DNA of 57,579 bases, counting the filler, from Sphacelaria rigidula (lineage: Eukaryota), in NCBI GenBank assembly GCA_964200075.2. It is 4 parts of 4 records of this genome, joined end to end, with 100 filler letters (N's around TTAATTAATTAA, not from the genome) between each part and the next. Parts side by side here need not be neighbours in the genome. Positions count along the whole stretch, not along the records: positions 14,424 to 28,743 come from CAXNAA020002317.1; positions 28,844 to 43,162 come from CAXNAA020002318.1; 2 more parts are not named here. One strand, written 5' to 3'. The notes beneath the pieces are model-generated. The model had not been told where the DNA came from. It made no database searches and saw only the letters and a program-made list of their open reading frames with translations. How positions within the stretch are numbered: position 1 is the first letter of the stretch; every line of letters starts with the position of its first letter. The translations under genes and the position numbers were made by a program. Positions 25,601-38,700 of this stretch are shown piece after piece.

Positions 25601-26775
25601 GGCGCGGGGATTCATTGGTTGGTCGAAACAATCGGTGCTTTGTAAGTTCGTGGCACTTTGTATCTGTTTTGAGTGTCTCAGCAGGGGCAGGGAAGACCAG
25701 GAAGATTTCCCACTACAAAAACGGGAGCGTCACGAAGCGTGTAGCAACCCTATCGTAGATGCTCGTGATTTTGTTGGCACAAATTTAATAAATAGCGATG
25801 AGGCGGAGCGACTTGAGGTGGGAGAGGTGGAATACACACGCGAATCACCCGGCGATCTTCGTACCTCTTGCACCAAACGGTTAACGAACGAAGGCAAGAC
25901 TGGTCACCTCACTCGGTACACTAACATCGCACTTCCTTCGCGCAATGAACACCTCTTTCTAGGACCATGGCGATCACATCGCACCACGACTTTCAGTGCC
26001 GAGCCGTGACTTGGACATGATAACTGCACGCGGCAGGTGCGTAAGTTCTTTGTTCTCGTCTGACCCACGTCATAGAGCACGGAGACCCCGACTCACCCAG
26101 TGATACGTGGACATGACAACCTTCATCTCCACCACGGACCCCTCTTCGAGGGTCTCAAGTACTGGGTATATGCTGTTGTCCTGCGCGTACGTGTTCGTAC
26201 CTTCCGGCTGCGTCTGCATTGTTGTATTTTGGTAGGGACGGGGAAGGAGAATTGAGAGGGGTGAGTCATGTTTTCTCCACCCAGTCGTAGAGTAGTATCC
26301 ACTATGTTTACTTTGGTTCACTTTCGGGTGTATTTGCGACGTGTTTCATATGTGTAAATGTTTGAGATATTCCGACAAAAGCACGAAACGACCCAATTTC
26401 TGGGCGAGATGAACTCGCAGACCAACCAAGCAATATGCCCTCGTTGTTAACCCGTTCCCACTACGATAGTTCCGTCTAATATGGTACACAGTCCTCACGG
26501 TTAGGCATGTCGCTATCATGATAACTTCACGTTAGTGTATCTTCACCTGCCCAGGGTCACCGCATAGACCGTGGCGAACCGAGATAGCGTCTGTCTCATA
26601 GTAGTTTCCATTTGGCAACAGCTCTCCTCTCTCGTATGAGTCGTGGTGAGGCCAGCGGCCGCCACCGTAGATCTCAAGTTCAGTGGGGTCCGTGTTAGCC
26701 TCAGCGCGAGCGCGCACGGCCGCGGGACCCTTGGACTGCATGCAGTGCGGGCAATACTCCATCTCGGGGAAGCCG
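22634..26775 (-). CDS. AA15-like lytic polysaccharide monooxygenase with two C-terminal CBM1 modules, 5'-partial: exons 26775-26547, 26213-26097, 25543-25252, 24902-24726, 24090-23612, 22780-22634
   Basis: GT-AG junctions are phase-consistent (0,0,1,1,0). The spliced product has EYCPHC, RHGLCGDP, EGSVVEMKVVMSTYHWGHLEFFIC, YQLPAGLTCERCTIQMVYYTGNSC and YPEEFWNCADVAI, which are typical AA15/chitin-binding-3-type LPMO motifs. A P/T/E/D linker follows, then GQCGGTDYEGTGCCAMGYTCEALADCYSECRP and [33 protein letters not shown] (CBM1 consensus). Stop at 22634-22636. The signal-peptide/His1 exon was not located. Confidence 0.88.
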
Positions 26776-27622
26776 CTGCGTTTTGTTTCAATTCGTAGAA
26801 CAATCAGCATTAAGGGGACCGGGTGTTTTCCTCCTGTTTAGGATTGTCGTATTGAAATTCCGCATATTTTACGTCGTATAGTCATGTATTTTGGAAACAC
26901 CGTCCCACATGGCAGCCTGAAACGTCCTTTATTATTGCCGTATGCTTCCTCAAATCATTTCCCAGAATATAAGCAGCTCATTAAGCCGATACACAGTGAT
27001 ATTGTTGGAGAGCTGTCTTCGCTGTCAGCGATTGATCTGTGCAGGCAGGCAGCCGCGTCGCGACTTTATAAGTCTGATAAAAGCACGCGTGAGAGCGATA
27101 GCAAACACAATGGAGGATGTTGCGATGTGTGATCATTTGACGAAGGCACTACAGTACTTGTACGAGTATGCGTCGGGTTCCAGTCACGACAAGTGGCCAT
27201 ATGACGAACGCAGTACAATACGTGTACGAGTATGCCTCGGGATTCGTGAATTTAAATATGAGCACCACATGTCTTGACTCAAGCATCGATTTGGGCCCTT
27301 CTACCCGCGCGCGCTGCGTCCAGGCCACCTCCTACTCCCGCCCCCATACTCAAGGAGAACTTTCCCTTGGGTTAAGATTGGGATTAGGGCCAGCCTGACA
27401 GAATGCAAAGAATGCTGTTGGCCACGGATTTCTGAAAAAAAATCCAACGCTAGATTCTCCGAGTCATATAGTCATCCTTGAGACAACTTGTTCTATATCC
27501 CACGGCATGGTGAAACCTTCTTAGACCCCGAGAGTAGTCCGTCTGGATCATGCACACTTTTTTCAAGTGAAGCGGATGCCGAATCAACATATGGCCTGCT
27601 TTCGCGCCGTCTAAGGACCTGC

Positions 27623-27795
27623 CTTAGCACAATAGTGCTCGATCGAAATTGTGCGGTGGAAAGCAAAAATCTCGATCTGATAGGTCATGATTTCCACCAT
27701 CGTCGTTAATTTTGAAGATGGTTGAAATTGCTACCTATCAGATCGAGATTTTTGCTTTCCACTGCACAATTTCGATCGAAAGCGAATGTGCTAAG
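27623..27795. repeat. Near-perfect ~170-bp hairpin
   Basis: cgatcgaaattgtgcggtggaaagcaaaaatctcgatctgatagg versus cctatcagatcgagatttttgctttccactgcacaatttcgatcg. Confidence 0.85.
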
Positions 27796-30013
27796 AAAGG
27801 GCTTAAGGGTTGAGACATCTGCTGCAATAGGTTTCGAAGGGGGAGTGTAACTCCCCCAAAAGTTGGAAAAATCTGAGAAAAAACAGCCCCGCCAATAATA
27901 TGACGACCAAGAACCAGATCGTCGACGGAACTGCTGAACCTTCTTCTCTGTTTCCTAAATCATTGGGGTCTGTACGTGTACTTACCAGCACCAAGTAAAC
28001 CTTGAATGCTCGTGCTGGCGCTCTCCGCTCGCACGCAACAATAACAAGCAAAGCCATCTTCAGTTGGTTGTCTTGACGCAAAGAGGTACCGTACGCAGCA
28101 CAACATAACACATGCATTCTCTAGTCTGATGGTATATCTAGCAAACTGAGAAATTATACCCAGCAAGCTGAGAGGGGGATAATAACCGATGTCGATGACG
28201 TGGCTTTACTTGAGCCCGTCGACGGAGTTTCGCGAGGAAGGAACCCGAGGAAAGTCCAAGAGTATAAGATTCAACCCTAGACAACGCTTTCACGGTCAAG
28301 TGCCCAATCAACATTCTATTCATGGTGGTTATTTCTCGATTCGAGGAAGTTGAGCGTGTGCAGAGCGCGTGCTTGTCCAAATGGGCGCCACTTTGCGTGG
28401 GGCACCCGTCGCACCGATCCTGCCTTCCAGAGGATTCTTGGTGCACCTTTGGGGTCTGCGTTGTTTCTGGTTACCGCTCGTACTCCGAAAATGTGTCAGC
28501 CCTGAAAAATTGGTTCTCAACTGGGACGGACCCACCTCCAATTTTGATTTCATACAAGTCGATGCTACTATACAGGCTGGCTCAGGCTCATCACCCAACA
28601 AACACTCATCGGCAAAACCTCACACCGTCTGAAGGAGTTAGGCCGGATGTTATGGCAAACAGATTTTTGGCCCACGGATTGTTCACTCTTATGACGTTTG
28701 ACTCACCTTTTGACCCCCAAGCCAAGAAAACCGCCAACACACGNNNNNNNNNNNNNNNNNNNNNNNNNNNNNNNNNNNNNNNNNNNNTTAATTAATTAAN
28801 NNNNNNNNNNNNNNNNNNNNNNNNNNNNNNNNNNNNNNNNNNNATGATCAAAGCCACTCTCAATCGTATCATCTACTCTCAATCTAACGAAAACATTGTT
28901 AATAGCTACCTGCACGTGAAGAAATGCACCATAATTCGAAGATTTAGTGTGGATACGAAGGTCTAAGTTCTCCGGGTTCTCATCCCCAATAAATGATACA
29001 TCCTCCATTTGCAAAATCCCGTGTTTCCACTGCATAAACCCGAATGGAAAAAGTATCATTGTAATAGCCTGTGTCGAGTACGCATGCTTGGACGGGTGCT
29101 ACCGACCATGAGAGCAACATTGGGTGTTCCGCATATGGTTGGTATCATATACGCGAAAAAAATCATTTTGGACCCGGGCAGACACGGGGGTGAAAAATTT
29201 CGAACCGGGCTTACGCAACGGACTTTTTACAAGTAGAGAAAAAAATATTGTCCAGATTTGCGCCGACAGCAGCACAAGAATCAACGCCGACAGCAGCACA
29301 ATCAGCACCGACACCACTACCGGCGGTCTGCCTGGCCGACGTGGTCAGGATGAACTGGAGGCGGTCCGCGGAGTATATCCCCTTCGTCACCACAGCTGAC
29401 GCTGGGTGCCCTCTAACTATCGTGAGCGCAAATAGTAGTGCTGTGTTATGGTTCAGCAAAAACGTTGGTTTTGGGTGGTTCTCTAAAACGCCTCGAGAAC
29501 CACGAAAAAAAAAGTTTCAAAACAAATCCATGGGAAGGCGGTCAACCGGTGGATTCGTGTCCTCCGCGGCGACTAACCTCCGCTTACCGTAGGTGTTCGT
29601 GGGTCTATCTTGAGGGTGCTGCAAAGGCATCGGTTTTGGGCTCTGGTCCAGAAGATCGCGAAAGCGACAAAAAAAAACGTTCAGAAAAAGTCGAAGAAAA
29701 GCACATGATATTCCACTTTTCCTCGAATCGGGCTTATACAGTGGGCAAGAGGAAGTATATAATTTGTCGGGATCCGAACTCACGTTCTGCATAATAACTG
29801 GAATCTCCTTTATCACTTCGATTGAAGGGGCGCGGCCGTGTCACACGAAAAGTGCGATGCGGCGCCCGATTTGAGGTATTTATGGCCGAAACTTCACCAG
29901 GATCTCCTGGACGCGAGTGCCCACAAAATTGTTCGGGGCGCAGTCACATTTAATTACTTTCAACGAAGTTTGAGCATTTTCCCTGTTTTTGCTGAAACTT
30001 TCAAACTCGCTCG

Positions 30014-30016
<3 letters not shown>

Positions 30017-30058
<42 letters not shown>
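30017..30058. repeat. (TG)n microsatellite
   Basis: Seen directly. Confidence 0.9.
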
Positions 30059-30061
<3 letters not shown>

Positions 30062-30142
30062 CGTCCTCTGCACCCCCAGTAATGTTGCGCGGGTTGAAAA
30101 AAGTGCTGTGTGTCACAATTTCAGCCGGTAAAAGATCGCCTC

Positions 30143-30601
30143 TAATGGGAGCCGTTCAAAACTCCTGTTGAAAACCGCCTTTTTGGCCCTTCTCCGTCGT
30201 TTCACGCATGAAAAGAGGGCTAGGCGGATGTTGACGCCTTGGAATGATTTGCTCTACACATCGAGGGCGATCCTGGGCAACTTTGCATTTCCCGCTGGTC
30301 GCACTTTCATTTTTTTTGGCCAAACACGGGTTTTCAGTAAAAAACGTCCAAGCGATCGAAAAAACAGGGCGAGCTTTTTTCATCACCTGACCATTTTTTA
30401 CTGAAAACCGTGTTTGGTCTGATTTGGCCAAAAACAAAAGTGCGGCCAGCGGCAAATTCAGAATTGCCCTAGAACGGTCTCAACGAGTAGAGCAAGTCAT
30501 TCCAAGGCGTCAACATCCCCCCAGCCCTATTTTCGGGCGTAAACCGACGGAGAGGGGCACAAGAGGCAGTTTTCGATAGAAATTTTGAACGGCCCCCATT
30601 A
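30143..30601. mobile_element. Palindromic MITE-like element, related internally to 8604-9066
   Basis: taatgggagccgttcaaaa...ttttgaacggcccccatta; internal arms gatgttgacgccttggaatga / tcattccaaggcgtcaacatc. Confidence 0.7.
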
Positions 30602-30726
30602 AAGTTGGCTCAAGTCTTCGAACTCTTATTATAATCGCATCGCCAGGATACATGAAAAAATCACTGTCAGCTGGCTCAGCTCGTCGATCATTGTTGCCGA
30701 AATGAATCACGAATCACGTACAAAAA

Positions 30727-31209
30727 CGTTTTCGTGAGATTGAGAGTAGAGTGCTGATTGAGAGTGGCTTTGATCATTCGCTTTAACTAGCCATTTTTCT
30801 ACTCCGTGTGCGCTTTCCCTTGCCTCCATAACTTGCGTGTGCGTACAGATACACGATATCCTACTCAGGGATACCAAGGGTCTTAGTGGAAAGCCACTAC
30901 AGAAATCATATTGGGACTGGTGGAGGGGCATTTCGGAACTGAAACGATTCGTTCACCAATTAATTGACCGCTTTTCGCTCTCAATCGTATCGTCTATTCT
31001 CATTCTGAGGCCGTGTCTTTTCAAATTGTTTTCGACTCGAAAACGTACGGTGGAATCGAATTTGTTCTCACCTGATACGTCCACGGCATCCATGTTCTTA
31101 ACCATCTGAGAAAATAAAGAGCGTGATTGCATCAGAAACGAGGGAATTCGATTTGACCGCACGTTTTCGAGTCGAAAACAATTTGATGAGACACGGCCTC
31201 ACGAAAACA
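30727..31209. mobile_element. TIR element with a second hairpin element (31006-31201) inserted in its right TIR
   Basis: Left TIR cgttttcgtgagattgagagtaga. The right TIR tctattctcattc...cgaaaac is split by tgaggccgtgtc..aaattgttttcgactcgaaaacgt / acgttttcgagtcgaaaacaattt..gacacggcctca. Confidence 0.65.
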
Positions 31210-32744
31210 TTGGTGTACCTTACCCGTCGCCCCTCGTTTGCGCGTCGCAATTTCCCTGTGACTCGTCTCGCATGATTCGGACAGACACGAGTTCCTTTCG
31301 GGCAGAGATTGCTCCCTATCCGAATTTCATTTCTAGTGTTCACGTCTGCTTACCCTTGATTCCGTAGCTCCGAATCACAGGTTTTTAGGCGAATCGAGCC
31401 GAAACCTCGCGGCACGAAACGACCATCCCACCACCCAATTATTTATACCACGTCATTACACGTCCTCAGCAAGTCACGGCTTCATCGATGCTAATGGCGT
31501 TATGTTTCGCTCATGTGTCTAGTCGCACTAAAACAGCAAACCCATCCAACCTTGTTCGGGGAGTATTATTGTGAGTCTTGACTCCCCACGAACTAAAATT
31601 GAAGCACTTCCGGGGGGCTTACATCACCTTACACGCCCAAGCTTTTTCAGCTTCATCACCACCCCCGTGTATTTCCAAAAACTCACACGAGAACATGCGG
31701 GGACGACTCGTAATGGTGCTGTCTGCGTGCTGCTGAGTCATGCCAGGGTACAGTAGGATTGCACCAAAGATTTCTCAGGGTTTGATTTCACACCCTGGAC
31801 GAAAGATTCCATTATCGAAGAGTGCACTGGGTACAGTATTGATTAAAGCGGCTACTGCAATAGACAATAGATGCCATACTGTGAATAGCACATTTTTTGA
31901 CGATGGAATTTTTGTTCAGAGTGTGTTTGATTTGCTGGGAGTCTGTTGTCTCATTCAGAGAATATCTTGAGTATGCGGAAAGTCCCCCCCACCAGAGGAG
32001 TTGTGTTTTCATGCGTGGTTTGCTCGGGAATCTTATTTCGACCGTGGGTCTGAACGAAGGGGCTGAAAACAAGTACGATGAATACAAGGAGAGTCTCCCG
32101 AGCTGGCTGCCGGGGAATCTTGAGCGATGACTGTGCACCGACCGCCCTGTTGTCCATCATGTGGGCAAGAGACAGTCTTGAGCGTGCGGCCCTGATCGAC
32201 TTTGAAATCGTCAATGCTTTCAAGTGTTGGCGTGCGGTCGGGAAAATAAAAAAATAAACGACTTCGTCCATTGCTGACATCACTCTTGCGCTACTACGAA
32301 AAAAGTGATCCCCGAAATCCCACGCGGGTTGTTGCACTAGTAACAGGCGCGAAACACTCATATAAGGCTAACATACGTCAACAACGAACGAAACGAGGGA
32401 TACATGCGCGTAGGCATACAACAGTCACGCACCAGCAGGTACATGTACAGGATACAGGATATAGCACCCTACCGGTTCCAATCCCCGCTCCACCGCAAAT
32501 TCCATCAAGGGATACGGGGGTAAGTATGGAACACAAAACACACGCCCCCGCCCGCTCCAGTCACGCGCGGGACCTTCGACGGGCGAACAAAAGTGTCCTC
32601 TCCGCGTAAAGTCAAGCACAAATAACAACAAAACAGGCTGTGCACGATGTTGAATATTTTTATTCGGCGCCAATTACGCACAAGGTCAAGACAAAGAGGC
32701 CGCGCAATAACGATATAGCGATGACAACTACCTATGCCAAGCTT

Positions 32745-35700
32745 TCAAGTCGCGTTGAGGTGATTGGGGGACCCTTCAAACAAGGTGCTCAGGATGTACG
32801 CCTGTGAAAGCAGAGGCTCAACCTCTTCCTCTCCCCACTCCTTGGTGGGCATGTCTTGCAAAAACATTACCTGTACGGGTGGCGACATCAACGAAAGACA
32901 GCAGATTCGTGGCAACGTGACAACAGGCGCGCGCGCGCCGAGAGGGGGAGGGGGGGGGCTTGGTGGTTTGTGTTTTGTGTATTGCACGTTGGCTGGTACG
33001 CTACGAATCAAGTCGTCGTCTCAAGATGCACGCATCGCGAGTAGATATGCGGAAATCCTCGACAGCGGAAACTCGACAAGGGTATAATGACGTCGACGCG
33101 ATGCGAAAGAACTAGAGGAATGGTGCCGACACAACCCTAGACAGATTCCTGCCAGGGCTTCAGCTTTGAGGCAAAAAAAAAAAGGCAATGACATAAAAAG
33201 CCGTCTGCGACTCTGCTATTCGGAGACCGCTCTGTTGGGCAGGAACCCTGAACCGTCATCTCTGACGCCAATATGGTCGACGCATGGAAAAACGAAAAAT
33301 CAAGCAGGCGTGGGAGAGGTAGAAACAAAACAAGGAAGAACATGAACACAAATCACGAGCAACGAAAGCAGCAGCAGTCAGCCAGTCAAAGGCAATATTT
33401 GACAAACGTACATTAACAATGCACTCCCACCCATCTCACCATGGACTGGAAATCCATCTCGCGGAGGGTAGACGAGAAATGGCAGATCAGGGCCGCCGAC
33501 ACGTAAACGTGGAACGACTCGAACCCATTATCCTCGGCGAGGTAGGTGTCCCACGCCCGAACCACCGCTCTCAAAGGCAACTCGCGCATGAGCAAGCAGT
33601 TCATCCATCGAAACGCGAACTGGATGTACATGAGCCCTTCCTCCGTGATGTGCCGGTGAAGGTCAGCTAATATTGATTTTTGGTGCGGTGCGAATACGCA
33701 AGATGACGACGGCAACAAGAAAGAATAAGACACAAGTGCAAGATGAAGACGACGAATAACCTCTCCGCTGTCAAGGTCTGTTCATCTCAAGGATCGTCGT
33801 TACTTCCACTTGAAAAATGAGCACGAGCTGGGCCAGCCGAGAACGCTCACTGACGGTGGAGCACTTCTACCCTAATTGATTTCAGAAGTCAGGAGCTAAT
33901 AATTTGACACGAAATATATTCGATCAAAACGCGGAAAGTTGCAAAACTTCCCAAAAAAAAGAAACAGAAGGAGGGATTTGAACTTTCTGAAAATAAGAGA
34001 AATGCCAGAACTCGATGGGGAAAGAAGACTACGAGGACTTGCGTGAAGAATTTTCAATTTGCGTGTAGAGGGTCTTATTGAGAGATGGGCTCCAAACTCC
34101 AAAAATTGAGCAGAGCATTCCACTTCTTGTGTGAAACCGCTGCACCCGATGGTCTAACTGGTATAGGAGACTTTCTACAGGACGTGGGGTCACGAATTTG
34201 AGTCCCGACAAATATTCTTCTTTCTAGCAGAATTCTCGTTTTGTCCTTCAGATCATCTCTTACGCAGTACATTTCTATTACTAGCATTATCCTGAGGGGC
34301 AGGGCGTGCATCACCAGGTTGGTCTGCAGTTCACAGCGACATACTTACGTCGGGCTGGTTCGTGGAACCGAAAAAGTAACGGCTACATGTGCCGAAGAAC
34401 TGCAGGTTCCTTGACTGGCCCAGCTCGTACCAGACTCGGGTTTTCATCTGCAGGCGATCAACGAGCTAACCCCTTGGGTGACAGACCTCCTATCGTAACA
34501 GTATCACCGGCTGGCCTTCAACATCGGTAACCCCGCAGTTACGACTGAGTAGCTACTGTTCGATTGCGAGCGCCGTCCCCGACTACATCATTCCTTTTAT
34601 TTCTCCGCGACCATCCATGCCTTACTCAAGCATATCCTTCAAACGAAGCGGCAATTTTCACATGTTTTCAGTGCTTGATGCAGGATCGATGCGAGGCGTC
34701 TGGTGGCGAAGAGGTGAAACGACTCCCTCGGCGTCCGTCAAAGCACAAAAGTATAAGAGTCAGGGACCGGGTACCACGGGATTACACTTGATGTCATTGG
34801 AGGTAGTCCTCGCAAACAGATAGGAGCTGTTCAGCTGCAGCTGCGAGGTCATCAGCGCTCAAGGGCAGCCATAGATGTTGTTCAATCGCTGTACGAGCTG
34901 GTTCAGATTGAACGCCCAAAATTCATTCCTCGGGATTTCCTCACGCCGTTTTTTCGAGTTAGAACACGAAAATTTGCACACATGTGCTTGAGGGCACTAT
35001 CTAAAACTCGAAGACCGTTTTTTTTTGGTGATGTCGAGATAGTCGGGATCTAACCCCTCCCCCGGCCGAGTAGGTCAACTGCGACCTTGGATAAAAAGCC
35101 ACCAACAAAAAATATTGAATAAAACCCTTGTCTTGGAGTTTTAGATAGTGCCCTCCAGAACATGTGTGCAAATTTTCGTGGTCTACCTCGAAAAAACGGC
35201 GTGAGGAAGTGCTAAAACGTGCGCTGAAGTATAAAAAAGTCTGCGTGCCCCCCTAATTACTCGATTCAAGTATACTTTGTACGTTTTTTGACGTTGTTGT
35301 TACGGCAGACGACCCTGCCGCGTCAGTCTTTTGAGTTATCCCATCAAACTTGGTACGAATGTTCCTTGGAGATCAGAGAAGCGCATGAACTTTCTATTTT
35401 TTGCGGAAGAGGTTATTGTACCGGTTTTCGGGGATCCTCAGTCCGGGACCCCCGAAAGTCGGTCAAGGACGCACCTATACCCGTCGAAACACCTCCCAAA
35501 TGTTTTTTCGTATTTTACTGCGTCAACATCTACCAAGTTGCCAAGTTTGAGCAAGATTGAATCCTTCCTCGGGGAGATATAAAAGGAAACGTTGGCGCCG
35601 GCTCTCCGTTCTTCAGCCCTTATATTAACAGGAAATTTGACGTCCTTGCCGAAATATCATGTTTTAGGGCACAAACCCATGCCAGGACAACCGTTTTTTT

Positions 35701-38700
35701 TTCTCCTTAGGTTCCCTGGAAAATAAATACTGCTGTGATACAGAAATTGTGGAGATTGAGCAGCATATTGGGTTGAAAATTCGTATTTTTAGTTCTAGAC
35801 AGCTTGGAGGCCGCTGATTGGTCAAGACTACATTTTCGCCCATTGCTCCGTAAAAAAAATAATGTTACCCTGTTGTGTTGCTCGTGGGAAACACTACGAT
35901 ATCGGTTTTGTGAAAATTGAGCTTGTATTGCGTTCGTTATCAGTCGGGGAATAAATTTGCGGTATTCAATCTGAACCAGCTTGTAGGGAGAAAAAACGCT
36001 CCTGTGACGACCAGTGCCGCTCATGATCCGTAGGCGGAGTTTTGAGCGCAAGCCCTAAAAATCGCCCACGTGTGCTGCAACCCGTGCAGGAAGTGAAGCC
36101 AGTGTTTCTGGAGTGACATGGTCTGCGTGGCCATCTGCGCCCGCGAAAAACATTGTCGAAGGGCTGAAGTACACACTCTGCGTAAAAACATATCTTCTTT
36201 GCATAAAAAGGGGTCTCAAACAATGAAATGATAGGGATACGAGAAATAACCAACCGACGTAGTGAACACTCCTGTCAGCTATCACGTGCAACCCGAACAC
36301 CCAGCTGGAGTCAACTTTGCAGTAGCAGCAGTGGGGTGTGCGCTCTTTCTTGGAATGTGACTGCATTCAAAGAATATTGCCGGCCCAGAAGGTGCACAAC
36401 ATGAAGTGTCATGCATACCGATACCAAAGAAAAACGAGGAAGATATGGGGGGCGCGGGGACGTCTGGCCGATTTTGACGGGGGAATGCAAAGCATTCACC
36501 TTGACTGGAATAGAAAAAATACAAGGACATATAATGGATACATCACATACTATCACGATCACACCGATATTTGTTCAAAGGTTTTCGAACGCCATCCTCC
36601 ACCCCGCAAAAATAACTCACCGTCAATTCGCTGGACAAGCTCTTCCAATCGCAGCACCATCCGCTGTAGCCCTGGCTGCATCGCCGTGTAGTGGTCCTAC
36701 GCGTGGTGTCAGTGACAGGGTACAGAAGTAATGGTGAGGAGTTCGAGCGCGGACCAACTCGACGGATGACACATCACCTTACGGCGCCAATATTATAACA
36801 ACATCCATCAGAGGATTGAACATCTCAACAGTAAACTCTCGATATCAGAACTGTTCCGAGAACATTTCTACTGGACACTGCACAAGGGTGACTGAAAGGA
36901 AAGTCATCGCATGTGCACCAGGTATACCTGGATATTGTCCAACAGCTTGGTGAGGCACCAGTACACATCGGCTTCAACTTCGTGCAGTAACGCCTCGTCC
37001 ACCTTGCTAACGTCGGTCGACTCCACGGAGGCTCCTGTACAACCGCGCCAATGTGGAGCACGTTATGAACAGCGGCTCTCGAATACAATCATTCGGTGTC
37101 CGGAATGAAGTAGGGGGAGTACTAAACACCCTCGCTGTCATGCCACCTCCGCAATTCCCGCAAAGGTCACACGTTCAACTACCCCCGGCACATGTACTGC
37201 ATGGTTATGAAATGAGGTGATGCATGAGAGTGCTGCCTCACAGCTATCGTACTGGTACATCCCCTGCCACATCCACGAGTTTATTTTCAGAGCATGAAGC
37301 GCACTACAGGAGTTTCACTTCGCAGCATGTACTTTCCCCCACGCCAGTGTCGTTCGGGAAGCGGGAAAGTGTTTCCAAGCGTCGACCGAGACAAGCGGCG
37401 GGAACGATCGAAAACCCTTTGGTCGAACAGCAAATACGTGGAGCACACACGGGCATATTTGACCAGTTCATGACGAAATGTATCCCGCCCAGGGGGCCAC
37501 CTATGCTGATCAGGCAAAACAGAACTCACCCACATGTGCGGAGAGGAAGACGACATAAAGGGGCGTCATGAGGTCGTTGATGCCCTGCACGTAACCGCTT
37601 GCGGGGTGCCGGATGGCCCATATGTACAGTATTCGCTCCATCGCCCGTTGCACCTGGAAAAAGAGACAAAAATTGAGTTACACCTACAGGCTGGTTCTCA
37701 TCGGCAAAACCTCACGCCGTTTTAAGGAGTTAGACCCTGAAAACTTGCACGAATGTTCCATGAGTCATTGCGCAACCTTTGGAGGAACGCTTTTTTCTCT
37801 ACTTTTTCACCGTTTTTCGGGGAAACCTCGACCCAATCGGTCCCCCGTAAAACGTTAAAAAATAAAATAAAAACCCTGTTCCTCCAGAGTTGCGTGATGT
37901 CCCAAAGCACAGTTGTGCAAAATTTCGGGGTTCAACTCATGAAAACGGCGTGAGGTTTTTGGCCTTTGTGCGATGAAGTTTGCCGTACCGCGGTGAAACC
38001 GCAAACTATTTGGTTTTAGTACCAAAACGGCGTTTTTGGGCCTTCTTTGACGTGAGCATGGAAATTCAAGCATCAGTTGATCGAGTTTTTCCACGAAAAT
38101 TTGTGGAGCCCATCCTTGGGTTACGCGGAAGCAGATACTTCGCGAAAAAATGAAGAAAAAATATCGTGGTGCCGTTTTTCTGAGGTCCCAAAGTGGAGAC
38201 TACTTCGAAAAACGGTGAAAAACTCACGAAGTACAAAAAAATCGTCCGTAAAAAGTTGCGTAACGATACGTAGCATTTTTATGCGAAGTTTCAGGATCTA
38301 ACTCCTCATGACAGCGTGAAAGTTTGCGCGTTTGTGGAGGACGTCGGCTTGAAACGTGCAACTCTTAACTACTTGGTTTTAGTATGGAAACGTATTTTGG
38401 GGTAAATTTGACGTCAAGGCAAGAAAAACTGTATGAGGTTCTCGAGTTTCTCCACCAAATTTTGTAAATGTGTTCCTTGGAATCTCCCGGGACGCATCAT
38501 TTCATTATTTTTATTTTACGGCATTCTGTGCCGCCTTCCGGAGGTCTTCATGCTGGGACCCCCGGAAGCCGGTAGAGAACGGAGAAAACATGATATGTTG
38601 TCAAGAATACAACTTTTTCATTTTGAGCATCAAAATGCCGAGTTTGAGGGCGATCTGAGCTTTTTTGCAATAGATCAAGGGGACACCGTCACGAGGCTCC

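Noticed and set aside
27986-28057. Candidate LPMO first exon (MALLVIVACERRAPARAFKVYLVL|gtaagt)
   Set aside because: The ATG frame ends in phase 0 whereas the next exon needs phase 2, and there is no signal peptide followed by His.
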